The notes under the pieces: generated by a model | What the model was told of the DNA's origin: nothing | The model's database searches: none | Seen by the model: the letters and a program-made list of their open reading frames with translations, nothing else | Shown: positions 1-12,484 of the stretch, one piece after another | How positions within the stretch are numbered: the stretch's first letter is position 1 | How the letters are laid out: the number at the start of each line of letters is the position of its first letter | Assembly: GCF_001194135.2 (NCBI RefSeq) | Contig: NC_068982.1 | Coordinates: 165,486,616 to 165,534,192, forward strand | Length of the DNA stretch: 47,577 bases | Direction of reading: 5' to 3' | Source of the DNA: Octopus bimaculoides | Taxonomy: Eukaryota | Position numbers and translations under genes: made by a program

Positions 1-115
1 GGATGGGGGGAGGAAGGAAAAAGGAGTGAGAAGGCTCAATTTAATTTTAATTTTTTATAAATTGATTTTAATTGAGTTTTTTACCTGTAATTTTGGATTT
101 TGTCCCTAATATTAT

Positions 116-182
<67 letters not shown>

Positions 183-226
183 ATGTATGTATGTATGTAT
201 GTATGTATGTATGTATGTATGTATGC
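116..226. repeat. Compound microsatellite (TA)n-(TG)n-(TATG)n
   Basis: Directly visible. One of many similar compound arrays, e.g. 9100-9230, 9360-9468, 19727-19810, 21980-22030, 26190-26375, 27090-27225, 27606-27680, 35065-35135, 45285-45495. Confidence 0.98.
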
Positions 227-876
227 GTATATTAATTTCTGCATGCTGATGCCAACATCTTCAGAAACAGACATTCACTCTAAGATCAAAGCAATATTAT
301 TTAACAGCAATTATTTTCACGTACATTCGTGACAAAATTTTGAGAGCGACCTGTTTTAATTTGGTGTCTATTCAACGTTTTATTCCTGAGCATATTTCAC
401 TCTTGAAAAGTTATATTACATATTATTTTCAATATATACGAAAACGTTATACCATTAAACTGGTAATTGTATTCGAATAATATCGATCGGTTTTGTGCTT
501 ACTGAAACGCATAATATTTCTAACAAACACATGTATACGATGAGTATTTTCAAGTTATATTAATGATTTGCAATGAAAATATGTATAGATTATTTTATGA
601 AGAGACTTGTTGTGCATAAAAGCAAACTTCTCGTTTATACATCAACAGAGCACTTGCATTTGAGGATAAAATTGAAATTATTTTATATGAAATTATCTCA
701 CAATATAAATATATGCATTTGGGTATATCTTGTTAGAGAGACTGAAAAATATATCAAATATACTTTCATGGTTGTTGAGATAATATTGCTTAAATTATAA
801 TATAATTCTAATAAAAACAATGAAATTTGCAAATTTAACCTGGAAGTGTTGATTGCTTTGATGTTTTCAATATTTT

Positions 877-1069
877 AAGGCGGCGAGCTGGCGGAAACGT
901 TAGCACGCCAGGCAAAATGCTTAGCGATATCTCGTCTGTCTTAACGCCGTGAGTTCAAATTCCGCCGAGGCTGATTTCACCATTCATCCTTTCGGGATCG
1001 ATAAATTAAATAACAGTTTCTCCCTTCACAAAAATTTCGGTCCTTGTGCCTAGAGTAGAAAAGAATAAT
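877..1069 (+). mobile_element. Octopus tRNA-derived SINE, family A copy 1
   Basis: Head aaggcggcgagctggcggaaacgttagcacgcc, B-box-like gagttcaaat, body catcctttcgggatcgataaa, tail cctagagtagaaaagaat. Aligns by eye to the six other family A copies in this window. Confidence 0.9.
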
Positions 1070-1081
1070 TGCGTTCATGAG

Positions 1082-1291
1082 CTGGCGAGCTGGCAGAAAC
1101 GTTAGCACGCCGAGCGACATGCTTAGCAGTACTGTGTCTGTCTTTACGTTCAAATTCCGCCGCGGTCGACTTCGCCTTTCATCCTTTCGAGGGTCTATAA
1201 TTTAACTATCAGTTGCGTACTGAAGTCGATCTAATCGGTTGGCCCTCTCCCCAAATATTTCGGGACTTGTGCTTAGAGTAGAAAAAATATT
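1082..1291 (+). mobile_element. SINE family A copy 2 (tandem with copy 1)
   Basis: Same head (ggcgagctggcagaaacgttagcacgcc) and tail (cttagagtagaaaaaatat). Starts about 12 bp after copy 1. Confidence 0.9.
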
Positions 1292-1865
1292 TCAGCATGT
1301 ATGTTTTTGTGTGTATGTATAAATGCAGTATAAATTGAAATAAGACATAGAAAATTCTTTCATCTCATAGAATTAAGTAATCCGAAAAATTCATAAAACT
1401 TTTTTAATAACAAAATTTGCATACTGAGAGTCAAATCTAAGACAAGTATGGATAGTTTTGTTTTAGGATATAATGAATCTCAAACTTTATAACCTTATAT
1501 TTTACATCATTTACAGGTACAAGTGAACTGGATGTCAAATAGGAGGTACATGTGTTACAAAACTGTGTATTGATAGTGGTGGTTGTTTATGCATGTATAT
1601 GTATGACAGAAAGTGAAAATAACAAAGTGAGAGAGAGGGTGGAAGAGAGAGAAAGAGAGATGGTGAGAGAGAAATAGAGAGTTGGAAGTATGGAGTCTGG
1701 TTAGTGTGTTTAGAATGTGTACAACAAACCATTCGAATCTAAAGGATGCATACAATTAAGCATTAATGTTAATTATACCTAGTGATAAATTTACCCGCCT
1801 TTGGCTGCTGTTGTCCGTAGAAGTTCTAGAATTCATTTTGCCTAGAAAAATACGACCAACTACAT

Positions 1866-2085
1866 AAATTCTTTTCTACTCTAGGAACAAGGCCTGGAAT
1901 TTTGGGGTATGGGGCTAGTCGATTAGATCGACCCCAGTAAACAACTGGTACTTAATTTATTGACCCCAAACGGATAAAAGGTAAAGTCGACCTCGGCGGA
2001 ATTTGAACTGAGAACGTAAAGACAGATGAAATACCGCCAAGCATTTCGCTCGGGGGTGCTAACGTTTCTGCCAGTTCACCGCCTT
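1866..2085 (-). mobile_element. SINE family A copy 3
   Basis: Reverse complement of family A, from ttcttttctactctagg to ctaacgtttctgccagttcaccgcctt. Confidence 0.92.
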
Positions 2086-4978
2086 ACTAACAACATATAC
2101 TCCTTTCAGTAACACGATGTTATTTGTCTTTGTATTAGCATTACAATTAGTGAGTCATTCTAAACATTTATATTATCCTTACGTGTTTTTAAATACACAC
2201 ATATATACATACATGCATATGTATATATATATATGTACACATATAAGACTGGAGGAAAGTGGGAAAGTAACAAATGGAGACCGAGAGAAAAGAGAGGTGA
2301 GCGCAATGTGATATGAGGAGGTGTCTATGTACATTATAACTTCATTACTAAGCGATTTCTATGAAGTCCTCCGCATATATTATAACGCCTCAAATCTTTT
2401 CTGGGAATCATTGAGATGTGTAATTTCCAGGGGAATCCTATTACCATTTAAGCAAATCGAAACCCACATATTTGATCTTCGCATATTTCGGCCATTAGTT
2501 CTGCATCTAACGAGAATACTATTGGAATTTATTCATTGAAATTAACATAGAGAAATTTATTCATTATAAAAATATAAAACCCTTCAAGATATACCCTTAA
2601 TTATTTCAAAGCACTTCAAACAGATATTGTACATTTAAAAATCCCTTCAGTTTTTAACAGTAAATAGATATTTTTTGTATTATTTTTCAAAATATCTCAA
2701 GCAATGAGATTTTATTATTATTCGCAACAAAAGGGAGAAAAAATTATCTTTAGTTCACATACTTAAAATCTAACAGCAATTTGGTACAAAACAGTATTTT
2801 AGATATTATGTAAAATTTCACTGTGTATGGTCTGAATATGTTTATGTCAATGCTGTCGCTTTAATACAGCATTTTATAGGATTTACATGCTTTCTACTCT
2901 GAGGGGAAATAGCGTTGTATGTTTCAAACTTTGAAAATGTTTCTCTTTGAACCTTTTGCTTTCCTACAAATATAATAAAGAGTTACCGGCATATCGGAAG
3001 AGCTTAGTAGTAACCCAACAGAGCTGAAATAGAATTAATAATCAAATTGTAAAGGCAAACTGGATGCAATAAAATTATAAACGTCGATTTGCTTTAATAT
3101 ATATCTCAATCTATTATCCGCTATTAATAATATTCAATGGAAAGCAGGTTCATACATCAGACTGCCTATGTTGCAAATGCTGTTAATGAAAGGCAAACAT
3201 ACACATGCATACATGCTTGTTTGTGCATGTTTCTTCTAAATAGTTACCAGTCTCTGCTATTGACATGAGAAACATATATTTGAATAAATGTATAAGGTGT
3301 AGTCATATAAATCTATGTGCGTATCACATCTTGAATGTTATCAAAGTTTGTGTCATTTCTCTGAAATGATAATATGCGATCTACTGTAAATATAACAGAT
3401 ATTAATGTAGAATTGTATGTGTACAAATGTATATTCTGAATATGGAATACGATCAGATAATATGTTGTAATCAAGTGGAAGCAAGGCAATCAATTTTTGT
3501 GCATAACTATGTGTCAAATACATATTAACAAACAGATTGTTGCAGATAATTTATTAGTCACCGAAAAATAACGAAGGCGTTAACGTGAAAACTCTCTTAT
3601 TGCACATCACAGCTGGAAGGTTTTACTGAAAATTAGCGACGTACATCATCTCTTTAAAGTTGATGTTTATTAAGTGATGAACGAAATATCTTGAAAAAGA
3701 AATTAACTATCTATTGTATAAATGCAATTGCGAATTGGTAGGTCTTGCCGATGAAAGCATCTAGCACGTGGATGGTATAATTAATTTTAATTTAGTACGA
3801 ATGAAAGGGCTTCACTATGATGATATCAAATCACTATAATTCTTCTTGCGATATTTCAATTTAAATTAACGAATCGTATTATATGACAGCTTTATTAACT
3901 TTGATGATATGAATGTATTAAATGGTATATTACCAAGTTGCCATTTGATTACACTTTATTTGATTCTTCGTGAAAATTAGACGATAAAATTATTGTTTTA
4001 TCTAATATATGAAAATGGTGCATCTAATGAAGATCATTCTGTTACACGTTGACATAAAAGAGTTCTTATGATTTGGAAATATTAATAATATCCCATATGA
4101 TCAGAATCTAATTGAGGTTTTCCTTCATAACACAGAAGATAATCATAAAAAATCTAGATCATCGCAGAAAGTTTCTCCTCAACAAACTTCCTAGAGTTTT
4201 TGTATCATTATCCAGAGAGTAATATCCTAAACTGGAAAACAAAATGATAATTAACACCATGCATGGTACCTCATATATATCTATTCAAACAAACGTAAAA
4301 CCAAAATATGCATAAAGATATATTAAACATCTAAATGTTCATCTCATCTACTGTATTTATTCACTGGTTGGAAGCTGCAAAGTCGTGCAAAACCTAATTC
4401 ACTAACACAAGTTCTACCTCATGTTGTACTGTAATAGTTTCTTTGTCAAACTGGCAATGTCTAGTTACATATTGTAGACACAATATGGAATTTTTCACTT
4501 AAACCTAAATTTCCTAAACACACTGTAAATATGATGTCTTGAAACGATATACTAATTACTGCTTCTAGCATTACCGAGTTGATTATTGAATTAATATTCA
4601 GGAGTGGGTGGTTTTCTTGCAAATTAACGGTAATCAGCAACAATATGTTTATGCTCAACTTTTACAGCCAACATTACTTCTATTTGACGAAATTTTACCC
4701 ATTTCTGATTCCGATAAATTCCAATACAACGTAATAAATGTATTTCTCATTTCTATAAAAAGTAAAGATTTTAGTTTTTTAAATATTATAGCCTTTACAG
4801 TAAAGCCTGTATCTAATTCCATCTAAATATTAGTCGGATTGTTATGAAGATATTTAAGAAAATGAAGAACTATTTATTTAACTAGTTTGCAGTTTTTTCA
4901 ATTGGTGGGCTCAAATCTTGCACCGAAGCATAGGCTATAGTTATTAAATCCCACCACTTTATATGACTCATAGTTATA

Positions 4979-5435
4979 TGTCAAACCCAGAACAATACGA
5001 GAACTGCCGAATTTTTCAGGTGGTTGTGTATCATTGCACATAGTTCACCAGCGGTCCTCATCGTCAATTCTAAAGACTTCAGCACAGGCGGCGATTCCAC
5101 TGAAATTAGATAAATAACCTTCGAACAGACAGTCAGTAGCGCCGCCTGGCTGGAGCTTGGCTGCTCTGCATTGACAAGGGGCAACATCCTGAAACTAGTC
5201 TAGTCTGCAGATGCCAAACCAGCAAGGGGAAGCTGCTGACCTCCCCTGTTCGAAGGTTATAAAGGACACAGGTTTCGTGTGTCACATAGCTAGCTAGCGG
5301 CGATGGCTTCTTGGAGCTAATTCACGGCAGCTTTCGTCCTAATTTTGGGACTGCCACGTTGGCTTGGCGATAACTATTAATTTCCAGTACCGCTGCCGTA
5401 GTTTACTTTAGAGAGACTTAGAAATATTAATAACT
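4979..5435. mobile_element. Possible solo LTR (GC-richer island with an internal hairpin)
   Basis: Starts TGTCA and ends TAACT (degenerate TG..CA). Flanked by ttata/ctata, a 4/5 TSD-like match. Contains a TATAAAG box near 5258. Family not recognised. Confidence 0.35.
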
Positions 5436-5436
5436 C

Positions 5437-5468
<32 letters not shown>

Positions 5469-5476
5469 CATATATA

Positions 5477-6365
5477 CAGGGTGTCCCAAAAGACACTGAT
5501 GGGTTTCAATTTTTAATAACGTCAACTTTACAAATAAATGCATAAAATTTTGAAACAATATAAAGGACATAATGGTAATTAATATGCACGAGCCCAGTTG
5601 TGAACACACCACTACATCATATATGAAAAATGACATCGCTTAAATAGCAGCCATTTTCGTCTTCGCATGGCCGTGTTCTTTTCAAAACCTGCACCATAAC
5701 ACCCTCAAGAGTTTCAGACTCCACTTCTCTGAATTCTCTATTGATGTTCTCCTTGAGTTGCAACAGGGTCTCCAGTTTGTTGACGTTAAACCCGCTCTTT
5801 CAGGTGCCTCACAAGAAAAAAAATCCGGTCTAATCAAGTCTGAGAAACGTGAAGGCCATTCAGATTAGACCTCATACATGATTCCAGAAAGATGGGGAAA
5901 CTGCTCGTACTGCAAGAGAAACAATGCAGTTGCTACGGCAGTGCTTTGGAGAAGGAATAATCTCCTCCTACGGCAATGTCAACTGGCCTTCACGTTCCCA
6001 GACTTACTAACCCGGATTTTTTTTGTGGGGGGGATACCTGAAAGACACGGTTTACGTCAACAAACCAAAGACCCTGGTGCAACTGAAGGAGAACATCAAT
6101 AGAGAAATCAGAGAAGAGGTTTCTGAAACTCGTGAAGGTATTATGATGTATGTTTTGGAAAGAGCAAGAGTGTACGGAGCCGAAAATGGCTGCCATTTAA
6201 GCGATATCATTCTTCACATGCGATGTAGTAGTGTTGCAAAATTGGACTTATGCATATTAATGTTCAACATGTCCTTCATATTACATCAAAATGTTATGCA
6301 TTTATTTGTACAATTAAGGAAGTTATTACAAATTTAAACCTATACATGACTTTTGGGAAACGCTG
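5477..6365. mobile_element. Fold-back derivative of a DD41D (rosa/Visitor-like) Tc1/mariner transposon
   Basis: TA-flanked termini CAGGGTGTCCCAAAAG / CTTTTGGGAAACGCTG. Arms 5477-5858 and 5984-6365 are inverted repeats. The plus strand decodes, with frameshifts, as FQKDGETARTARET..WPSRSPDLTNPDFFLWGYLKDTVYVNKPKTLVQLKENI, about 41 residues between the 2nd and 3rd catalytic D. Confidence 0.88.
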
Positions 6366-6372
6366 TATATAT

Positions 6373-6590
6373 CTATCTAGGGCGGGTAAAATTCCCGACA
6401 CCCATAGACGAGTCTGTCTTTAGGGCACCAACATATGTCATCCTCGATCTACTTTTAGTGTGTGTATCCGTGTAGGGAGCACTAAGTGCAGCATCAACTC
6501 TGAATGACAGATTATGTCCAGCTAACCTCAATCTCCTCTGTGTTATTTTCAAGCTAACTATTGGGAGGTTCTCGTACAGCTCTGAGTTCA
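6373..6590 (-). mobile_element. LINE fragment (RTE/RTE-X type, C-terminal post-RT region)
   Basis: ORF track peptide ELYENLPIVSLKITQRRLRLAGH...SRMTYVGAL matches the IRxRRLRLAGH...GRPxxTY motif of RTE-type ORF ends. Confidence 0.7.
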
Positions 6591-7480
6591 CATATATATA
6601 TATATGCATATATGTATGTATATATATATATATATATATATATNNNNNNNNNNATCAACTCTGAATGACAGATTATGTCCAGCTAACCTCAATCTCCTCT
6701 GTGTTATTTTCAAGCTAACTATTGGGAGGTTCTCGTACAGCTCTGAGTTCACATATATATATATATGCATATAGTGAGGACTTGTGTATAAAAGGGATGG
6801 GTTTCAACTTATTTAATCATCTAAAAGCAACTAAAAACAAAAACTCACTATTTATGCATTGTTCGTTTTTACAAATGTTGTTTACTTGAAGTCTATATTC
6901 ATGTTTTTTTAGAGGTCGTTTGTTTCTTCGTGTAGTTTGCAAATTTTAACATAATTTCCATACTGCTTTCTATATTTCCTTGTTTTTCTCTTTAAAATAT
7001 TCTAAAATGCCAAGAGAACGTGAAACCAAATCAAATTATTTATCTTTTCCATCAAATTATCTACGTAATAAATACACAAAGTGGCTAATTGAGTTTCTAC
7101 AGTAATTCCAATTAACTATCTTACGCATTCTATCTTTAAAAAAATATGTTTACCGTTTGATATGTTCTACCAAATATTTCTTTGATATTGATTCTAAGTG
7201 AAGGTATTATACATTTTTACCTAAACAATAATAAGCAAATGCCAATTAGTAATTTATACTAAGTAAAAAATTGAACATTGGTGTACGATATTGTTTATAG
7301 TTTATATAATAGTTTTAATTTTTATAAATCATCCAATAAATTAGACCTGATAAAATTAACTATTTGAAATCATAAATAACTTCTATTCCATTGCTTTTAA
7401 ATTTCATGTTGAAACCTTTAAATACATACACATGCACCCACACACATACGGCACGCGTACACACATATACATGCAGAACA

Positions 7481-7636
7481 AATCACCCGATACACTTTGT
7501 AAAGTGGTTAGCGTTACGAAGGGCATCCAAATGTAGAAATCAAGCCAAAACAAACTATAGAATCTGGTACGCCCCCTCTGTCTGCCAGTTCCTAATAAAC
7601 CGTCCAGCCTATGCTAGCATGGGAAACGGATGTTAA

Positions 7637-7677
<41 letters not shown>
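7481..7677 (+). mobile_element. 3' part of an octopus retroposon with a (TGA)n tail
   Basis: gtaaagtggttagcgttacgaagggcatcc...aaaccgtccagcctatgctagcatgggaaacggatgttaaa followed by (tga)n. Recalled as a high-copy octopus SINE/LINE 3' end. Confidence 0.75.
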
Positions 7678-9152
7678 CCATTAATGAAATTAATTTCAAA
7701 GTATTTCACAATATTATGATGTTTATTCTGTAAAATACTTATCGTGTATCAAGATCAATAATTAAATTCTGTATTTGGCTAGGCACAGACACTCATATTT
7801 CTATGGAACAGAATATAAGAAGTACTTATATATCACATAAAATTGACCCAATTGGCCACTAAATTTTCTTGCATTTATAAGCCTTAAATGACGCTTCAAC
7901 CGCCTTAAATCTAAACGTATACTGCTGGAGTGTTGTATCATCAACCCAATTTTCACTTTTTTTTTACGTAAATTTTCTCACCTTGTTATCAACCTTCGAA
8001 AGGTTTTGGGCGTTATGACACCATATTTCTTTATCTACAATACTCTAGTGTCTGTGAAGAAAAATAGTCAAAGCTCTGCAAAAATGATAAAAATTATATT
8101 CTGCGCATTGTAGTCTATAATACTGCACTGCACTGCACGGTAATGCAGAAGAAGACTACAAAAACTAGAGAGTATTTGAATGAACGAGTGAGAATAGATC
8201 CGAAACATAAAACTCCAACTTCAAATGAATAGGAGCAGAAGGTAGTGTTGTGAAAAATCCATTCAACTATTCGTATTATTGAGCCCCAAAATTTGAGGTA
8301 TTTATTACATCTTTCGTTTGATGTTCTGATCCAGTAATGACACCAACTTACAATTATATTATTACAGCATATTTAATTGTTTTCTCTGTGAGAAAGATTA
8401 CGTTACCAGTTTCTGAAAGCATTATAAGGTTGGGGCAATTTTTTCGAGTAGAAGATAAATTGGATAACCTGAGATTCATGGGACTAGTAATTTTCGCGCC
8501 TGTTTTCTCTTTAGATATATGCCTTTTGTCTCTACATGAATTAATGTGATATTTCATCTTATAGATTAGAATTTAAACACATTACTTGAATTTTACAATG
8601 CAGGTGGATTACGTAAGCTTATACACCTCGCTTCGAATAATCATTAATATTTTTATACTTTCAGAAAAATGTTACCGGCGACAGGTTAGTCGATTATGAA
8701 GTTAATAGCATATTTGCCGGTTGCGGCAAATGCATTCACCCGTTGGTTAAACATAGTAATTAACCCACTATTTAAACATAAATTGAAAGTAGTTGCAAAT
8801 TTTGTATAGCGTCTCTGGAGATCTTTTGTTTTATTGTTTATCCTTTACTAAATATAGCGGCTCAGATAAAGTTTCAACTAATCGTAGCGTTGAAAATGGT
8901 TGTAGTAAATAATTGCGAGGTGATAAAAGAGTTGAGAAGAGATTAAGTCATATGAAGAAAAGAAATAGTGGACAGTTCGAATGGTTTATGTATGTAAAAT
9001 ATTATCACTACATATAGCAACCAATTTGTAAACTTTCATGAACCAAAGCTTTAAAAAATTATTTTACGTTAATTGGAGGCAAACATAAAGACAATCACAC
9101 ACACGCAAACACATACACAGACACACGCAAACACAAACACGCAGACACACAA

Positions 9153-9216
<64 letters not shown>

Positions 9217-9230
9217 AAGTGTGAGTGTTC

Positions 9231-9362
9231 ACGAGAGGCTTCTTTCAGTTTCCACCTACCAAGGTATAGTAGAAGACACTTGCCCAAGTTCCACGCAGAG
9301 GGACTAAAACCGGAAGCATATCGTTGGGGAGCAAACATTTTACCACACCTACACCTGCGCGT
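9231..9362 (-). mobile_element. CORE-type tRNA SINE (OR2-like), internally deleted
   Basis: Minus strand contains the CORE-like cttgggcaagtgtcttctactata and ends gaaactgaaagaagcc before a microsatellite. About 35 bp is missing relative to the copies at 34884 and 37832. Confidence 0.8.
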
Positions 9363-9363
9363 C

Positions 9364-9396
<33 letters not shown>

Positions 9397-9414
9397 TTGT
9401 TTGTGTGTGTGTGT

Positions 9415-9465
<51 letters not shown>

Positions 9466-12400
9466 TAGTATTTAAGTACATGCGTTTGAGTATGTCTTTC
9501 AGAATACAATGGTCTTTAAAGCGGAAGATTTTCTCTTCAGACATAAATGTTTAATGAACCTTTGTAAATAAGAAATTTCATACCAGAACATGAGAATAAA
9601 ATGGTATTTTGATATTTATTCATTCTCAAGGAAGACGACTCTTCTTGTAAATTATCTCTCCTTGCAGCTTTCAGAACAGAAAATAAACTTATTTAGACAT
9701 TTTGTGAGGTTAAATTAATATTTATTTACTTGAATTCACTGTATTATTAGAATCTCTGAGATTTCTGAAATGTCAAATTGTTATTATTTGAAGAGAAACC
9801 GCCGAATTAATACGTATATAGCAAATACTCTATCGAGCGTCATTTATACTCCAAATAAATGTTGTGAAACTAAGATTTAGTTGAAAGCCGTTTGTACATC
9901 TGAAAGTTTCTATTGAATTTAATACTACTGCTTATTTTCAGAAACATCAAATCCTATTAGATATTCATTGTGTAAAGCGCATGCATAATTCATCTGCTAT
10001 AGAGTAGGCCATACAAAATTGCCCCCAAAAGAAAGCTTATTGTTTCGTCTTAGAAATGCCGAACCTAGCTGAAGAATCGAAGATATTATATTGTCTGTAT
10101 TCCCCATAAAATGCATTCAAAAACCTCTGTGGCTTACATTTTGAAAGTTAATAGAAGTTTGTGAAGAACATAAAATACGAATGTACCAAAGCAGTTGTCA
10201 AAGATCTACGGCGACTAATATATATTTCGCAGAAGTCATATAACGCTTTTCTGCGGGTGTCCTTGAGAAAGAACTTGAGCATTGTGAACTATATTGCATA
10301 AATACGAGTTGCGACACAGTTGATCGAATAAAATATGTTCTAGTCTAAATTTGAAACCACAGGACAAAAATTTCTCATCCGTCCAAGTTTACAATTAGGA
10401 TCGTACAAAGAAGGGATGAAAAATTCCATTTCTATTCATTGTAAGTTCCAAATTCAGTTCAGTACTTACAGATATAAATGTTAGCAGGAGCTTTGCATTT
10501 CATAATATTTGGCATTTATGAGATATCTTGTTATGAGATACGATGAGTGAGTAATTGGCTGCCTAGCACATTATCTACTCATACTCATATAGAATATCTT
10601 ATTGAGACGATATAACAATATCTACCCAAAATATATGAGTCTGTATCAATAGCAATCTAGTTTATTTGACATAAAATGAAAACAATGTCAATGGACATGA
10701 CAACTGCATTAAACGAATAATATTACTTTCATGATTCATAGAGTCAATCTTTAGGCACTTCTAGAATAGGATCGCTTTAAAACTTCAAATTCCAAATATT
10801 TCTGTCCATTCTGCACCCAAACTATTTAGTTTTGGTGCCAACAATTTCCATGTAGAAATCAACATCAGTCTTCTCTCCGAAAACAATAATGCTATTGTTT
10901 AATTCTACGAGAAGAAAGCACAATAGCATTATCCTAGAGCCCGGAAAACTCGAAACATTAATTTGTGTTTCATGGATCACGAGCAATGAAAAACTAGATA
11001 TATCATAAAATGGAAGACTTCGCATCATCTGACCTAATCCAAGAAAAGATATTGAAACACTTCTTGTCAATGAAACGCCCAACTACTCTTTAGAACTGCG
11101 AATTTGGTTGCACTTTAACGGCGCTACAGTTGGGTGGGAGATTTTCAGTATTTGATACAGTGAAGCTCTGTTAACTGTATGCATATAGATCATACGATGT
11201 ATTATGTAATAACATATAGCAATCGCTGCTTGTACATCTAACATGTATGCATAAATATAAATTTAATGATTTTTAGTTTTCAATTTATTAATATTTTCAT
11301 GAATTCTCAAGCAGATGAAAGAAATGTTTGCATTTGTGTAACATATGATCCACAATGATTTCTCTTTTATTTATGATGTTGTATTTGAAAAGAAAATTGA
11401 CCTTGCCAGAACTGTGATCTAAAGTAAAATTGCGCCGTTTCTCAACTGGAAACCAGATAATTCCAACAGGAATCGTGCCCTTTATCGCACACTAAATGGA
11501 AATGTAATAAGAGAAAATTTCCTTATAAGTTTACATCATATTTACTGGATTTTAAAATCTGCATGTTCAACTCAACAATTTCTACTGATTAGAGAACCAC
11601 ATTGCTAATTATTGGCTGCACAGCAAATGCATATTATATAATTGCTCACAGATATCAGCTTGAATAGTTTACGTTAATAGATAGTTATGTGCCACTTTCA
11701 TATAAATGGAATTAGGTGGTTACCGTATAGTTTAATGGGCGTCCTGTCATTTGAGGAAAATAAAAGATTAAAGTTCATACACTGTCACCAATCTACGACG
11801 TATCCACGCCTGCGAAAATAGCGTCACTCTCTGATTCGACATTATTGAGTTACGTAGAAAACGTTCATGCTACAAATTCCTTGGTACTCTAGCAAATATT
11901 TACAGAAGCAATTCTGTAAATTGTTAACTTCTCTAAATTGTTAAATACATATTCGCTTAGGATATTGAATTCGAGTGCTTCTCTTTCTCTGTAAAAACCA
12001 ACAATAAGCATCTCTATCGAGTTATACATCTGCGTACCGAAACTTTTAACTTGTCATTCAACATTAAGTCCCCAAATAATTGTTCCTTTTATCTTCACAA
12101 ACAATTATCTACAATAAAACAGGTGGCTCCAAGATAAATGTATCAAATTGACAAAAGAAGTTCACTAACAAAAGAAAAAGGTTTTTAATGTAGACTTCGG
12201 AACAATAGAACAGATAGGTCACATTTTTTTAATTTTGATTTACCCTCCGGAAGCTTTTGATGTCTGCATTTTGGCATCTTACTGGCATACAAAGTAAAGA
12301 TATGTCATCATTTACTCCTTGAGTTTTGATGTGACTTGCTTCACCTGCACCTATTTTCCTAGCATTCGTGCAATACATGTCATGAATTATGATGCTTGTA

Positions 12401-12484
12401 CTCAATATGTATATATATTAAGCGTCGTATAGTAATATGTTTGTGAGCATGTATATATAAATATATATATATATATATATAATG

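Noticed and set aside
3480-4830. Microsatellite-free block with frames loosely resembling ionotropic-receptor N-terminal domains (FFLRYFNLN*RIVLYD)
   Set aside because: Stop density of about 1 per 16-23 codons is near the random expectation for this AT content, and no diagnostic motif is present. An HMM search on six frames would be needed.
6493-6773. Exact 120-bp direct duplication (6493-6612 and 6654-6773)
   Set aside because: The two identical copies flank a 10-N gap and a TA run, which is the signature of an unmerged contig overlap, so it is probably an assembly artefact.
8712-8731. 8-bp-stem hairpin atttgccg/cggcaaat; similar 7-bp stem near 46450-46470
   Set aside because: Isolated stems of this size are expected by chance in 47 kb, and there is no Helitron CTRR context.
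9500-12400. Possible decayed LRR-GPCR or Toll-like gene on the minus strand (EYVFNNLEKLT, LIVSHNKIS, MTLDRVFAI)
   Set aside because: The motifs are short, lie in different frames with inconsistent spacing, and stop density is random-like. Not supportable without a profile-HMM hit.
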